A DNA stretch of 49,484 nt from Chloroflexota bacterium (GTDB lineage: Bacteria; Chloroflexota; Dehalococcoidia; Lucifugimonadales; UBA3495): assembly GCA_022570905.1 (NCBI GenBank), contig JACZYV010000002.1:1-49484 (forward strand), given 5' to 3'. The position numbers were made by a program, and so were the translations under genes. Below the pieces are notes generated by a model that was given only the letters and a program-made list of their open reading frames with translations, was not told where the DNA came from and searched no databases. Of this stretch, positions 23,770 through 33,768 are shown piece by piece. Numbering within the stretch: position 1 is the stretch's first letter; the number at the start of each line of letters is the position of its first letter.

Positions 23770-24900
23770 ATGCCCAGTTATGACGCGATCGTTATCGGGG
23801 TCGGCGGCATGGGAAGCGCCGCCGTCTACCATCTGGCCAAGCGAGGATGGAAGGTCCTGGGGCTGGAGCAGTACGGCATCCCCCACGAACTGGGGTCATC
23901 CCACGGCCATTCGCGGATGATCCGCTACACCCTCCAAGAACATCCTTCGTACGTGCCGCTGGTGCGCCGGGCCTACGAGTTGTGGCATCAGTTGGAGGAC
24001 GCCGCCGGAGAGAAACTGGTGGTCACCACCGGCTCGGTCCGGGCCGGCCCGCCCGATAGCCGTTATTTCTTAGGCGCCAAGGAGGCCTGCGACCGGCACG
24101 ACATCCCCTACGAGATATTGACCAGCTCTGAGGTAAACAAGCGGTTTCCCGGCTACCGGTTTCCCGAAGAGGTCACTTCGGTCTACCAGGCCGACGGCGG
24201 CTTCCTGCTGCCGGAGCGGTGTATCGTGTGCCACGTCCAAGCCGCCGAAGAAGCCGGGGCTGAGATTCATAGTCTGGAAACGGTGCTGGACTGGGAAGCT
24301 CAAGGCGAAGACGTGCGCGTCCGCACTGACCGGGACACCTACACAGCGGGTAGATTAGTGGTCACGGCCGGGGCCTGGGCCGCCAAAATGGTTCCCCAAG
24401 TGGCCACCTGCGCGGTGCCTGAGCGCCAAGTGCTGGGCTGGTTCCAACCCACACGCCCGGAGCTCTTCCGCCCGGAGACCTTTCCGGTCTTCGGTATCTC
24501 GACCGAAGAGGGACGCTTTTACGGCTTTCCCGCCTATAGCATCCCCGGATTCAAGATCGGCCGCTCTCACCATCTGCTGCAGCAGGTAGACCCGGACCTG
24601 ATGGACCGTGACGTTCACGCCGAAGACGAAGCTGTGTTGCGGGGTTTCACCAGCCGCTATTTCCCATTGGCCGCGGGACCGGCGCTGACTCTGAAGACCT
24701 GCATGTACACCAATACACCGGACGAGCACTTCTTGATCGGCGTACTGCCGGACCATCCCCAGGTTTCGGTGGCCGCCGGCTTCTCGGGCCACGGGTTCAA
24801 ATTCGCCAGCGTGATCGGCGAGATCATGGCTGACCTGGCGCAGAACGGCGAGACGGCCCATGACATCGGCCTATTTCGGCTGGACAGATTCAGCGCCTAA
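23770..24900 (+). CDS. solA: Monomeric sarcosine oxidase / N-methyl-L-tryptophan oxidase family flavoprotein
   Basis: YDAIVIGVGGMGSAAVYHLAKRG dinucleotide fold, the CMYTNTPDEHF covalent-FAD Cys region, GFSGHGFKFASVIGE. Confidence 0.85.
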   Translation: MPSYDAIVIGVGGMGSAAVYHLAKRGWKVLGLEQYGIPHELGSSHGHSRMIRYTLQEHPSYVPLVRRAYELWHQLEDAAGEKLVVTTGSVRAGPPDSRYFLGAKEACDRHDIPYEILTSSEVNKRFPGYRFPEEVTSVYQADGGFLLPERCIVCHVQAAEEAGAEIHSLETVLDWEAQGEDVRVRTDRDTYTAGRLVVTAGAWAAKMVPQVATCAVPERQVLGWFQPTRPELFRPETFPVFGISTEEGRFYGFPAYSIPGFKIGRSHHLLQQVDPDLMDRDVHAEDEAVLRGFTSRYFPLAAGPALTLKTCMYTNTPDEHFLIGVLPDHPQVSVAAGFSGHGFKFASVIGEIMADLAQNGETAHDIGLFRLDRFSA

Positions 24901-25002
24901 CCCGTCCAACTCAGGCTGTAAGCCAAACCTCTGGTCTCCAATAATCCGACCGCACGTTGTCGCCGGAGCCGCTTGTGAGCGAATCGCAGCCGATGATATG
25001 CT

Positions 25003-25965
25003 GTGCTTGCCCTTTCACAGTTGACCATCGCCACAGATCAGACAGGCAGGATTCCTCACTGGGACGCCATGATGCAAATGGAACATCTGACCATCCACGA
25101 GACCCCGGACAGGAAGCTGAAGCACCTGGTGATCGTCTTCGGGGGCTGGGCGGACGCGGCGGAGAGCGCGACCAGCGCCATAAAATTCCTACAGCGGAAA
25201 CTACACGCAAAGAAATTCGCTGAGATCGACCCGGAGGAGTTCTACGACTTCTCCCAGACCCGCCCTCACACTTCGCGGACCAGAGACGGAAAACGCAGGA
25301 TCCATTGGCCGGCCAACGAATTTTCGTATCTTACAGACACCAACTCCGAATCGGGAATCATGGTCTTCGTGGGCGTTGAGCCCAACTTGAAGTGGCGCAC
25401 CTTCTCCAAGACGGTGGCCAAGGTGGCCAGGGAGCATGGCGTCGAGTCTGTGATTCACATTGGAGCGCTGTTGGACGCGGTCCCACACACCCGCCCAGTT
25501 AAACTCAGCGGCACCGCCAGCGAGCCCAAGCTCAACGAGTTCCTGGAAAGCCAGGGCATCCGGCCGTCCAACTACCAAGGCCCGACGGGGATAAGTTCGG
25601 CCATCATGGATGCTTGTATCAACGAGGGGATGGAGTACACATCCATCTGGGGCCACACCTCTCACTACCTCCAGGCAGCGCCCAACCACAGAGTGGGCTC
25701 TAACCTTTTGCAGATACTCGTCAAGCTGCTTGACCTGCCCCTGGACCTGACGGAACTGAAATCAGCGGCCGAAATCTTTAATGAAGAGGTGGCCAAAGCC
25801 GTGGCCAGGGACGATCAGATCAGCTCCTACGTCGCCAAGCTGGAAGGCCAGTACGACGAAGCAGTTGCCGCCATCGAGATTCCGGACCCAGCCGAATTGG
25901 TCCGGGACTTGGAGAAGTTCCTCCGGGGCGAGCAGCGCCGTCCGCCAACCGACCCATCTGACTAG
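25003..25965 (+). CDS. PAC2 (proteasome assembly chaperone 2-like) family protein
   Basis: LVIVFGGWADAAESA..., VGVEPNLKW, HIGALLDAVPHTRP, NYQGPTGISS. The start is uncertain (GTG 25003, or ATG 25069/25072/25078). Confidence 0.6.
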   Translation: MLALSQLTIATDQTGRIPHWDAMMQMEHLTIHETPDRKLKHLVIVFGGWADAAESATSAIKFLQRKLHAKKFAEIDPEEFYDFSQTRPHTSRTRDGKRRIHWPANEFSYLTDTNSESGIMVFVGVEPNLKWRTFSKTVAKVAREHGVESVIHIGALLDAVPHTRPVKLSGTASEPKLNEFLESQGIRPSNYQGPTGISSAIMDACINEGMEYTSIWGHTSHYLQAAPNHRVGSNLLQILVKLLDLPLDLTELKSAAEIFNEEVAKAVARDDQISSYVAKLEGQYDEAVAAIEIPDPAELVRDLEKFLRGEQRRPPTDPSD

Positions 25966-26107
25966 CTACGGCCTCGGTATCACTCCAGCTACCGCCCAAA
26001 TGCCGCTGTTCCACTGGAATCGGACAGTTATGTCGGCTCAGAATCCCGGCCACGCCAGCCTCATCCACGCTGTGGCTAATAACGATTAGTTCGTAAATCC
26101 AGCCTAT

Positions 26108-26136
26108 TGACTTGATAAACTCGATAGTATATATCT
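26108..26136 (+). promoter_or_regulatory. Candidate promoter for the binding-protein/ABC importer operon
   Basis: TTGACT followed 15-17 nt later by the TATATA/TATATC run, in the only AT-rich patch upstream of 26356. Confidence 0.3.
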
Positions 26137-26355
26137 ATCTAACGATTTGGGAGGCTATGTTTGCCGCCCTCTATATTGCTATGCGGGTGATGTCTGGGCA
26201 TGAAATCCGCCGCAAGATGGACCGGCGGGTATCTCTGGGAAGTGATTCACGGTTCATCGAAACCTGGCGAGTCCCAGATTGCCCTCCTGATTAAATTTCG
26301 TTCCCGGACAATGGCTCACCGCAACCCCAAAACTCTAGATTAGAGGCTTACCATC

Positions 26356-28194
26356 TTGAATCACTGGTTGAAGAACCCCAAACTTATGATCCTAGGACCC
26401 TTGGCTCTCCTGCTGGCCGCTATCTTGGCCTGCGGGTCGTCTGCAACCGCGACGCCCGTACCGGCCTCGCCAACGGCGGTTCCGGCGGCCCCCACGGCCA
26501 CGGCGCCGACTGCGGTGCCATCGACCGGTGGCGGTCCGGCACCGACGGCAGTGCCTGTTCCGACCGCAATGCCCACTGCGGCGCCGCCGCCCCCAGCTGC
26601 AGCCAAACCTTCCGGCTCGTTAAATGTAGGCCAGAAAGAGTTGGGGCCCTACGTAGGCAACCCCAAATTGATCGGCAACCCCCAGATCTTCTTGAACAGC
26701 GCCATACCCATCACCGAGACCCTGGGGATGTATAACTTCGACAACGGCCAGGTGGGTCCAATGCTGGCCGAAAGTTGGGACGTCTCCGCCGACGGACAGG
26801 TATGGACCTATCACATCCGCGACGATGTCGAATTTCACAAGGGCTTCGGCAGGATGACGGTTGAAGACGTTGTCTTCTCCTTCCGCCAAGTCGCCGACAG
26901 CACCAAACACGCCAGATCTGCCAACGCCTTAGAGATGTTCTTCGCGGAAAACGGCAGCCAGACGACCCCCGATGACTTCACCTGGGTGGTCGATACCGGC
27001 GTGCCCTTCTCCGAGATACCGATCTTAGAATTACTGGGGACTCCCCGGGCGGTCGCCGCTTGGGTCGTCAGCAAGAAGCAGTGGGACCAGGACGGCGAAG
27101 ATGAGGCTAACTTCAACACGGCCGCCACCGGTCCTTGGGAGATCGACGAGGCAAGAACCGGTGAGTTCTGGCGGATGAAGGCCGTGGAGGGCCACTGGCG
27201 CCAGACTCCCGCATTCGCCGAATTGACATTCCAAGAGATCCCCGAGGAGTCTGCCCGGCTGGCCGGCTTCAAGACCGGCCTCTTGGATACCTTTGTCATG
27301 GCTCTAGATACCATCTCAGAGGTGGAAACCGTTCCTGGCGCCCAGTTGATGCAGGTACCCAACGCCGTACAGGCCGGACTGAACTTCTACGGCCAACTTT
27401 ATGTGCCTGCCCGGGGTGGAGATGGAGAGTCTTGGCCAGCCTACAATCCCGAGAACGCATGGGTGTCGCCAAACAGTGACATCACCTCCCCGGAATGGGC
27501 CAACGCCCGCAATGTCCGATTGGCCATGTCGATAGCCATCGACCGCCAATCGATCATCGACAATCTGCTATTGGGGTTCGGACACCAGCTGACCCTCAAA
27601 GACTGGATGGGTTTTGAGGACCGCCTGCCCTCTCCTCAAGAGACCTGGCCCTACGACCCCGAGCGGGCCAAGAAGCTCATAGCCGAGGCCGGCTTCCCCA
27701 ACGGATTCAGCGTCACGCTGACGACGGCCATCCGCGGAGCGCCCTCCGAGGTGGAGGCCTGTGAGGCCATCGCCCAGTACTGGGATACCATCGGGATAAA
27801 TGTCAACTTCCAGAATGTTCCTTACGGGACATACCGGCCAACGGCGGTCGCACGCACCTATCAGGGAATGTCCTGCCATAATGTGGGCGCGCGTCTGGCC
27901 CCGATCCAGGGGATGGCCAGCTTCCTAAACAGCGGGAATTTCAGTTGGGGCTCCGAACACCCCATCACTGAAGAACTGATTCCCCTAGCGCAAAAATCCG
28001 TGCTCACGGTCGACCGCGTAGCCTTCGAGGACCAGATCGCCAAGTTCTATATCGAAGAGGTCTTCGCCGAGACCGGCCTGTATGTGGTAGATAACGTCTG
28101 GCCGGTTGGCCCGAATATCGCCCCATGGGGTGATTTCATCAAGCAGGGCGACCTCCGTCAGATCAATGGGTATGAGTACATGGTGCCTCGCTAA
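26356..28194 (+). CDS. ABC transporter substrate-binding lipoprotein, family 5 (peptide/nickel type), paralog 1
   Basis: 612 aa. Signal peptide MNHWLKNPKLMILGPLALLLAAILAC-GSS, then a Pro/Ala/Thr linker and an SBP_bac_5-like body. TTG start with AGAGG upstream. Confidence 0.85.
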   Translation: MNHWLKNPKLMILGPLALLLAAILACGSSATATPVPASPTAVPAAPTATAPTAVPSTGGGPAPTAVPVPTAMPTAAPPPPAAAKPSGSLNVGQKELGPYVGNPKLIGNPQIFLNSAIPITETLGMYNFDNGQVGPMLAESWDVSADGQVWTYHIRDDVEFHKGFGRMTVEDVVFSFRQVADSTKHARSANALEMFFAENGSQTTPDDFTWVVDTGVPFSEIPILELLGTPRAVAAWVVSKKQWDQDGEDEANFNTAATGPWEIDEARTGEFWRMKAVEGHWRQTPAFAELTFQEIPEESARLAGFKTGLLDTFVMALDTISEVETVPGAQLMQVPNAVQAGLNFYGQLYVPARGGDGESWPAYNPENAWVSPNSDITSPEWANARNVRLAMSIAIDRQSIIDNLLLGFGHQLTLKDWMGFEDRLPSPQETWPYDPERAKKLIAEAGFPNGFSVTLTTAIRGAPSEVEACEAIAQYWDTIGINVNFQNVPYGTYRPTAVARTYQGMSCHNVGARLAPIQGMASFLNSGNFSWGSEHPITEELIPLAQKSVLTVDRVAFEDQIAKFYIEEVFAETGLYVVDNVWPVGPNIAPWGDFIKQGDLRQINGYEYMVPR

Positions 28195-28251
28195 TAGAGT
28201 GGGAAACCAAAGGGAATCACTAGAGAGTAAAGAATCTCTATAAAAACCAAA

Positions 28252-28288
28252 CTGCCCCCGGAAGCCCGTTCAGGTATTCCGGGGGCAG
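28252..28288. other. Perfect 12-bp stem hairpin between the two binding-protein genes
   Basis: CTGCCCCCGGAA, a 13-nt loop, TTCCGGGGGCAG. There is no U-tract on the plus strand. Confidence 0.7.
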
Positions 28289-28331
28289 CGGCTCACCACG
28301 ATTCCAAACACGGTTCGGAGGGAAGTCCGTC

Positions 28332-30158
28332 TTGAATCACTGGTTAAAGAATCCCAAAATCATGATCTTAGGGCCGTTGGCGCTCCTGCTGGCCGCTATC
28401 TTGGCTTGCGGTTCATCCGCGACAGCGACGCCCAGACCGGCGGCGCCAACCACAGCGCCGGGAGCGCCCGCTCCGACCGCGATGGCGCCGACCGCGGTTC
28501 CATCAGGCGGAGCAACGGCAGTGCCCGCTCCCACCGCAGCACCCACCGCGGCGCCGGCGGTGATGGTCAAACCCTCCGGCACGATCAACGTGGGTCAGAA
28601 GGAACTGGGGCCCTACTTCGGCAGCCCCAAACTATCGGGTAACCCCCAGATATTCCTGAACAACGCGGCGCCCGTCACCGAGACGCTCGGCATGTACGAC
28701 TTCGACAGCAACAAAGTCGTCCCGATGCTGGCTGAAAGTTGGGACATCTCCGCTGACGGCACCACGTGGACCTATCACATCCGCAAGGGTGTCCAGTTCC
28801 ACAAGGGCTTCGGCGAGATGACCGTTGCAGACGTAGTCTTCTCTTTCGAACAGATACGGGACAGTGAGAAACACGCCAGGGCTTCCAACGCCAGGAAGAT
28901 ATTCTTCGCCGACGATGGCAACCAGACGACCCCCGATGATTACACCTGGGTAGTCAACTCCGGCGTGGCGTTCTCCGATATACCGATCCTCGAACTCTTG
29001 GCGACTCCCCGGGCCACCATAGCCTGGATCGTGAGTAAGAAGCAGTTTGAACAGGATGGCGAGGATGAAGCCAACCGCAACACCGCCGCCACCGGTCCTT
29101 GGGAGATAACAGAATGGCGCACCGGTGAGTTCTGGCGGATGGCCGCCGTGGAAGACCACTGGCGTCAGACTCCCACCTTCGCCGAGTTGGTGGAGTGGGA
29201 GATCCCCGAAGAGTCTGCCCGGGTAGCCGGTTTCAAAACTGGAAACCTGGACACATTCGTGATGGCTCTGGACTCCATCACCGAGATTGAGAAAGTTGAG
29301 GGCGCCATGCTGCTGCAGGTGCCCAACGCCGGACAGGCCGGACTGAACATCTACGGCCAGACCTACCTGCCCGCCCGCGATGGAGGCGGAAAGTCATGGC
29401 CCAACTACAACACCGACCTCCCGTGGGTATCTCCAAATAGTGACGTCAATTCCGCGGAGTGGGAAACCGCCCGGAAGGTCCGGGAAGCCCTCTCTATCTC
29501 CATCGACCGTCAGACGATCGTTGACGAATTGCTGCTGGGATTCGGCCACCCGCTGGCCTTGAGAGACTGGGGCGGACCTGACGAAGCCCGCCTGCCCGCC
29601 AGAATGGTCTGGGATTTCGATCCCGAACGGGCAAAGAGCCTGTTGGCCGAGGCCGGATATCCCAACGGATTTAAACTCACCCTGTCGCCGGCCCTTCGCG
29701 GGGCGCCTTCCGAGGTGGAAGCCTGCGAGGCTATCGCACAGTACTGGGACGACATTGGACTAGATGTCACTTTCCAGAACATTCCCTACGGCACCCTGCG
29801 GCCTACGTTCGTGGCCCGCACCTATGAAGGGATCTCCTGCCACTCGGTGTCCATCCGATTGGCGCCGGTCCAGGGATACGCCAACTACCTGAACGACTCG
29901 GTGTTCAGCTACGGCACCGAGCACCCGTTCTTGGAGGAGAAGATTCCGATAATTCAAACGACCACGGACCGGGTCGCTCGAGAGGCCTTGGAGCTTGAGG
30001 TCGCCGACTTCATGTTCGACAACATATTCGGTGAGACCGGCTTGTACGTGTTCGACAATATCTGGCCGATCGGACCGAAACTCGGGACTTGGGAAGGTTT
30101 CATCAAGCAAGGCGACCTCCGGCAGATCAATGGGTACGAGTACATGAAGCCTCGCTGA
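28332..30158 (+). CDS. ABC transporter substrate-binding lipoprotein, family 5, paralog 2
   Basis: 608 aa. The signal peptide is near-identical to paralog 1 (MNHWLKNPKIMILGPLALLLAAILAC-GSS), and the two proteins are colinear throughout. TTG start with GGAGGG upstream. Confidence 0.85.
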   Translation: MNHWLKNPKIMILGPLALLLAAILACGSSATATPRPAAPTTAPGAPAPTAMAPTAVPSGGATAVPAPTAAPTAAPAVMVKPSGTINVGQKELGPYFGSPKLSGNPQIFLNNAAPVTETLGMYDFDSNKVVPMLAESWDISADGTTWTYHIRKGVQFHKGFGEMTVADVVFSFEQIRDSEKHARASNARKIFFADDGNQTTPDDYTWVVNSGVAFSDIPILELLATPRATIAWIVSKKQFEQDGEDEANRNTAATGPWEITEWRTGEFWRMAAVEDHWRQTPTFAELVEWEIPEESARVAGFKTGNLDTFVMALDSITEIEKVEGAMLLQVPNAGQAGLNIYGQTYLPARDGGGKSWPNYNTDLPWVSPNSDVNSAEWETARKVREALSISIDRQTIVDELLLGFGHPLALRDWGGPDEARLPARMVWDFDPERAKSLLAEAGYPNGFKLTLSPALRGAPSEVEACEAIAQYWDDIGLDVTFQNIPYGTLRPTFVARTYEGISCHSVSIRLAPVQGYANYLNDSVFSYGTEHPFLEEKIPIIQTTTDRVAREALELEVADFMFDNIFGETGLYVFDNIWPIGPKLGTWEGFIKQGDLRQINGYEYMKPR

Positions 30159-30247
30159 AACTCGTAAATATACGAGGCAACTGATCAGTCCGGGGTGATC
30201 CACGCAACGCTATCCAGCGTACATATGTAAAAGGGGTTCCAAACCAG

Positions 30248-30739
30248 GTGCAATCGTCTCCCGATAGGGACATAAGAGAAAAGGTGGGTCCATTCTTGGT
30301 CCCCGTCGGGCGAACGGTTGTAGGGGTGGTCTTAGGCGTAATCCTGAGCATGATTGGCATAGGAACCGCCTGGGCCTTATTTATATTTTTTGGGTTTCAA
30401 TCGATCGACGTGTGGCTGGGGTCTCTGTTCTTCGGGGCAGGGTTCGGCGCCGGAACGGCCGCATTTGTCGCCTGGCTGCACCTCGATCGTGAGAAAAGTT
30501 TAGTCTTAGCGCTAACAGCGGTGGTCGTCGTGGGAGCCGGAGTCGTTGGCGCCTGGGGTGGATTTGAATATGGATCGACGGTAGAGGTTGAATGTTGCGC
30601 GATGCCGACTAAATCGCCAATCTACTACACGGCTTTAGGGTCAACTGTGGGGGCGAACGCCGCGGGCCTCGCATTCGCGATAGCCCGGGCGCTCGTAACC
30701 AGGAAAACTCCGACTCAATTTCACAACGCTGTGCACTGA
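30248..30739 (+). CDS. Hypothetical small membrane protein (~4 TM)
   Basis: 163-aa ORF with Gly/Ala/Val-rich hydrophobic spans. It sits between the binding-protein genes and the permease genes. Confidence 0.5.
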   Translation: MQSSPDRDIREKVGPFLVPVGRTVVGVVLGVILSMIGIGTAWALFIFFGFQSIDVWLGSLFFGAGFGAGTAAFVAWLHLDREKSLVLALTAVVVVGAGVVGAWGGFEYGSTVEVECCAMPTKSPIYYTALGSTVGANAAGLAFAIARALVTRKTPTQFHNAVH

Positions 30740-30751
30740 CGGTTAGACAAA

Positions 30752-31669
30752 ATGCAGAAATACTTGGTACGCCGGTTCCTTCTCGCCTTGGTAACCCTGC
30801 TCTCGGTGTCTCTGATCATCTTCATCATGAGCCGAGTCTCAGGAGATCCCAGACATATCTACCTGGACGACTACTCAACCCAGGAAGACTGGGACCGCAT
30901 GGGAGTTGTTTTAGGCTTGGACAAACCCTATTATCAGCAGTACGGCATCTTCCTCAAGGGCGCTGTCCGGGGTGACTTTGGAATATCGGTAAGAGAAGCC
31001 CGCCCCGTAACCGAAGTCGTCCTCGAGCGTGCGCCCGCGACCTTGATGTTAGGTGGTGTGGCCTTTACCTTTTCGTTGCTGGTGGGGGTGCCGCTGGGCA
31101 TCTTGTCAGCAGTAAAACGTGGCACGATGTTGGATTGGTTTGGAAAAATCGTGGCCCTGATCGGGCAGTCGGCTCCACCATTCTGGATGGGCATCATGTT
31201 GATGTTCTTCTTCGCGGTGAAGCTGGGCATGGTCCCGCCATACGGAAAACAGGAATGGAATAGCATAATTCTCCCTGCCGTGACTTTGGGGTGGTACTAC
31301 GCCGCCGCAAATCTACGGCTGGTCCGGTCCGCCATGTTGGACGTGCTGGACTCGGAGTACATCAAGCTGGCGCGGGCCAAGGGTGTTAACTCCAGAACAA
31401 TCATCTTGAAGCACGCTTTCCGGAACGCCCTGATTCCACCACTCACCTTCGCCGGGGTCACCATTGGCGCCCTGGTGACCGGTTCTTTGGTTGTAGAGAC
31501 GGTGTTCGCCTGGCCCGGCCTGGGCAGGCTGGCAATCGAGGCGCTGTTTGCCTTCGATTACCCGCTGCTTCAGGGAGTAGTGATAACATTCACATTGCTG
31601 TACGTTACCGCGGCGTTCCTCGTGGACGTGCTTTACGCTTACATAGACCCTAGAATCCGGTACGCCTAG
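30752..31669 (+). CDS. ABC transporter permease (DppB/OppB-like)
   Basis: 305 aa, N-terminal MQKYLVRRFLLALVTLL, and an EAA-like loop (YIKLARAKGVNSRTIILKHAFRNALIP). Confidence 0.85.
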   Translation: MQKYLVRRFLLALVTLLSVSLIIFIMSRVSGDPRHIYLDDYSTQEDWDRMGVVLGLDKPYYQQYGIFLKGAVRGDFGISVREARPVTEVVLERAPATLMLGGVAFTFSLLVGVPLGILSAVKRGTMLDWFGKIVALIGQSAPPFWMGIMLMFFFAVKLGMVPPYGKQEWNSIILPAVTLGWYYAAANLRLVRSAMLDVLDSEYIKLARAKGVNSRTIILKHAFRNALIPPLTFAGVTIGALVTGSLVVETVFAWPGLGRLAIEALFAFDYPLLQGVVITFTLLYVTAAFLVDVLYAYIDPRIRYA

Positions 31670-31685
31670 GAAGTAGGAGCAAGAG

Positions 31686-32726
31686 ATGGCAGCAGATCTT
31701 AGCGGAATCGTAATTGCACCACCTACCCGTCGGCAAAAAGCAGCCGGAATCTACCGACAGTTTAAGCGCTTGCCTATGTTGCCGGTATTCATCCTGTCTC
31801 TAGTTGTGATTGCCGGGGTATTCGCGCCCCTATTAGCGCCCCACGACCCGGAGAAGGGCGAACTTCGAGAGCGGAACATCCCTCCGGCCTGGTCAAACGG
31901 TACACAGGCCGTCAAGATCGTGGTCCAGCGATTGTCGATCAACGAAAGGACCACCAGTGTCACGTTGAGCGACGCCCAGAAGATCGATCCAAACATCCAG
32001 CTAGGCGATCAGATCGAGGTCTATACAAGGCCGGCCGGTAGCACCAAGTTCCTCTTAGGCACCGACCATCTGGGCAGGGACGTTCTTTCCCGCGTGATCT
32101 ACGGCGCTAGAATCTCGCTGATAGTGTCCATCGTCACCTTGGCGGTGGGTGGCACAATCGGCGTCACTATGGGTCTGATGGCCGGTTGGTACGGTGGCAT
32201 CGTTGACGAGGTCCTGATGCGTCTCGTCGATATCAAATTAGCTATTCCTTTGATTCTGATTGCCCTTGTGCTGGTGATTACACTGGGTCAGTCGTTATGG
32301 ATCATAGTTACCGTGCTCTGTTTGTTTATATGGCCAAGATTCGCCCGCCAAGTGCGGGGCGAAGTGCTGCAACTTAAGCACATGGACTACGTGGCCCTGG
32401 CCAAGGTCTCCGGCGCCTCAACGGCCCGGATCCTGTTCATACACATATTCCCCGGAACCATAAACACCCTGATCGTGGTGGCGACTCTCCAAGTGGGTAT
32501 CGTGATTTTACTGGAGTCGACCCTCAGCTTTCTGGGGGCCGGAGTCCCGCCTCCCACGCCGGCTTGGGGTTCTATGATTGCCGACGGACGTGACAAGTTG
32601 GCCGGAGGGGTTTGGTGGATCTCCACCTTCCCCGGCATCGCCATCATGTTGACCGTTATGTCGCTGAACCTCTTTGGCGACTGGCTCCGAGACACCTTGG
32701 ACCCGCGCTTGCGGCAATTGGAGTGA
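31686..32726 (+). CDS. ABC transporter permease (DppC/OppC-like) with an extended first external loop
   Basis: HLLGTDHLGRDVLSRVIYGARISL motif and YVALAKVSGASTARILFIHIFPG. There are ~70 extra residues after TM1. Confidence 0.85.
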   Translation: MAADLSGIVIAPPTRRQKAAGIYRQFKRLPMLPVFILSLVVIAGVFAPLLAPHDPEKGELRERNIPPAWSNGTQAVKIVVQRLSINERTTSVTLSDAQKIDPNIQLGDQIEVYTRPAGSTKFLLGTDHLGRDVLSRVIYGARISLIVSIVTLAVGGTIGVTMGLMAGWYGGIVDEVLMRLVDIKLAIPLILIALVLVITLGQSLWIIVTVLCLFIWPRFARQVRGEVLQLKHMDYVALAKVSGASTARILFIHIFPGTINTLIVVATLQVGIVILLESTLSFLGAGVPPPTPAWGSMIADGRDKLAGGVWWISTFPGIAIMLTVMSLNLFGDWLRDTLDPRLRQLE

Positions 32727-32778
32727 CCGGAAAAGCCCTACTCGATTGGCGCAACGATTCAAGGAATCAGAGGTTTAA

Positions 32779-33768
32779 ATGGTCACGGAAACCAGAATAA
32801 ACACGGAGACTGTTTTAACGGTCGAGGACCTGCGGACTTACTTCACGACCCGCTGGGGGACGGTGAAAGCCGTTGACGGGATCTCCTTCGACCTGCGCAG
32901 GGGCGAAACCCTGGGAATCGTCGGAGAGTCGGGCTGCGGCAAGTCCGTGACCATGCTCTCGCTCATGCGGTTGATTCCCATTCCGCCCGGACGCATCGTT
33001 TCGGGAAAGATAATCCTAGACGGCGATGACATCCTTCAGATCTCCGAGCAGGAGATGGCCCGAATCCGGGGCAGCAAGATCGCCCTCATCATCCAGGACC
33101 CCATGACCTCCCTGAACCCGGTTTTCTCCATCGGGAACCAGGTAGAAGAGGCCATAAAGATTCACCAGGACATACCGAAACGCTCGGTGACGGCAAAGGC
33201 CCTCGAAATGCTGCGAAAGGTCAACATCCCCGCTGCAGAATCCCGAATGAAGGACTATCCCCATCAGATGAGTGGCGGTATGCGCCAAAGGGTCGTCGGG
33301 GCCATCGGCATCTCATGCCAACCCCAAGTGCTCATCGCCGACGAACCGACCACGTCACTGGACGTAACCATTCAGGCCCAATACCTGAAGCTGCTCAAGG
33401 ACATACAGCGGGACGATAACCTCTCGATAATCTTCATCACCCACGACTTTGGCATCGTCGCCAAGATGTGCGACCGTGTCGCGGTGATGTATGCCGGGCG
33501 CATCGTCGAGCACGGCAGCGTTAGAGACATCTTCAACAACCCGTCCCATCCCTACACCGAAGCGTTATTGGCCTCAGTTCCAAAGATGGACCGGGACGTT
33601 GACCGGCTGTACTCGATCGAAGGCCAACCCCCTCCCCTCCATGACCTGCCGGTAGGTTGCGCCTTCGCGAACCGATGTCCCGTAGTGATGGACAAGTGCC
33701 TGGAACAATATCCAGATTCGATGGCGGTGGCTGACGGCCATGTCGCCTCATGTTGGAAGTTGGAATGA
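32779..33768 (+). CDS. ABC transporter ATP-binding protein (DppD/OppD-like)
   Basis: [28 protein letters not shown], and a C-terminal oligopeptide-type extension ([18 protein letters not shown]). Confidence 0.9.
   Translation: MVTETRINTETVLTVEDLRTYFTTRWGTVKAVDGISFDLRRGETLGIVGESGCGKSVTMLSLMRLIPIPPGRIVSGKIILDGDDILQISEQEMARIRGSKIALIIQDPMTSLNPVFSIGNQVEEAIKIHQDIPKRSVTAKALEMLRKVNIPAAESRMKDYPHQMSGGMRQRVVGAIGISCQPQVLIADEPTTSLDVTIQAQYLKLLKDIQRDDNLSIIFITHDFGIVAKMCDRVAVMYAGRIVEHGSVRDIFNNPSHPYTEALLASVPKMDRDVDRLYSIEGQPPPLHDLPVGCAFANRCPVVMDKCLEQYPDSMAVADGHVASCWKLE

Noticed and set aside
26112-26294. 60-aa ORF (or its 45-aa ATG 26157 version) in the leader of the binding-protein operon.
   Set aside because: The TTG start lies inside the promoter-like AT-rich patch. 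For the ATG version the GGGAGG is only 2 nt from the start, and there is no recognisable family. It is mentioned only as a possible uORF.
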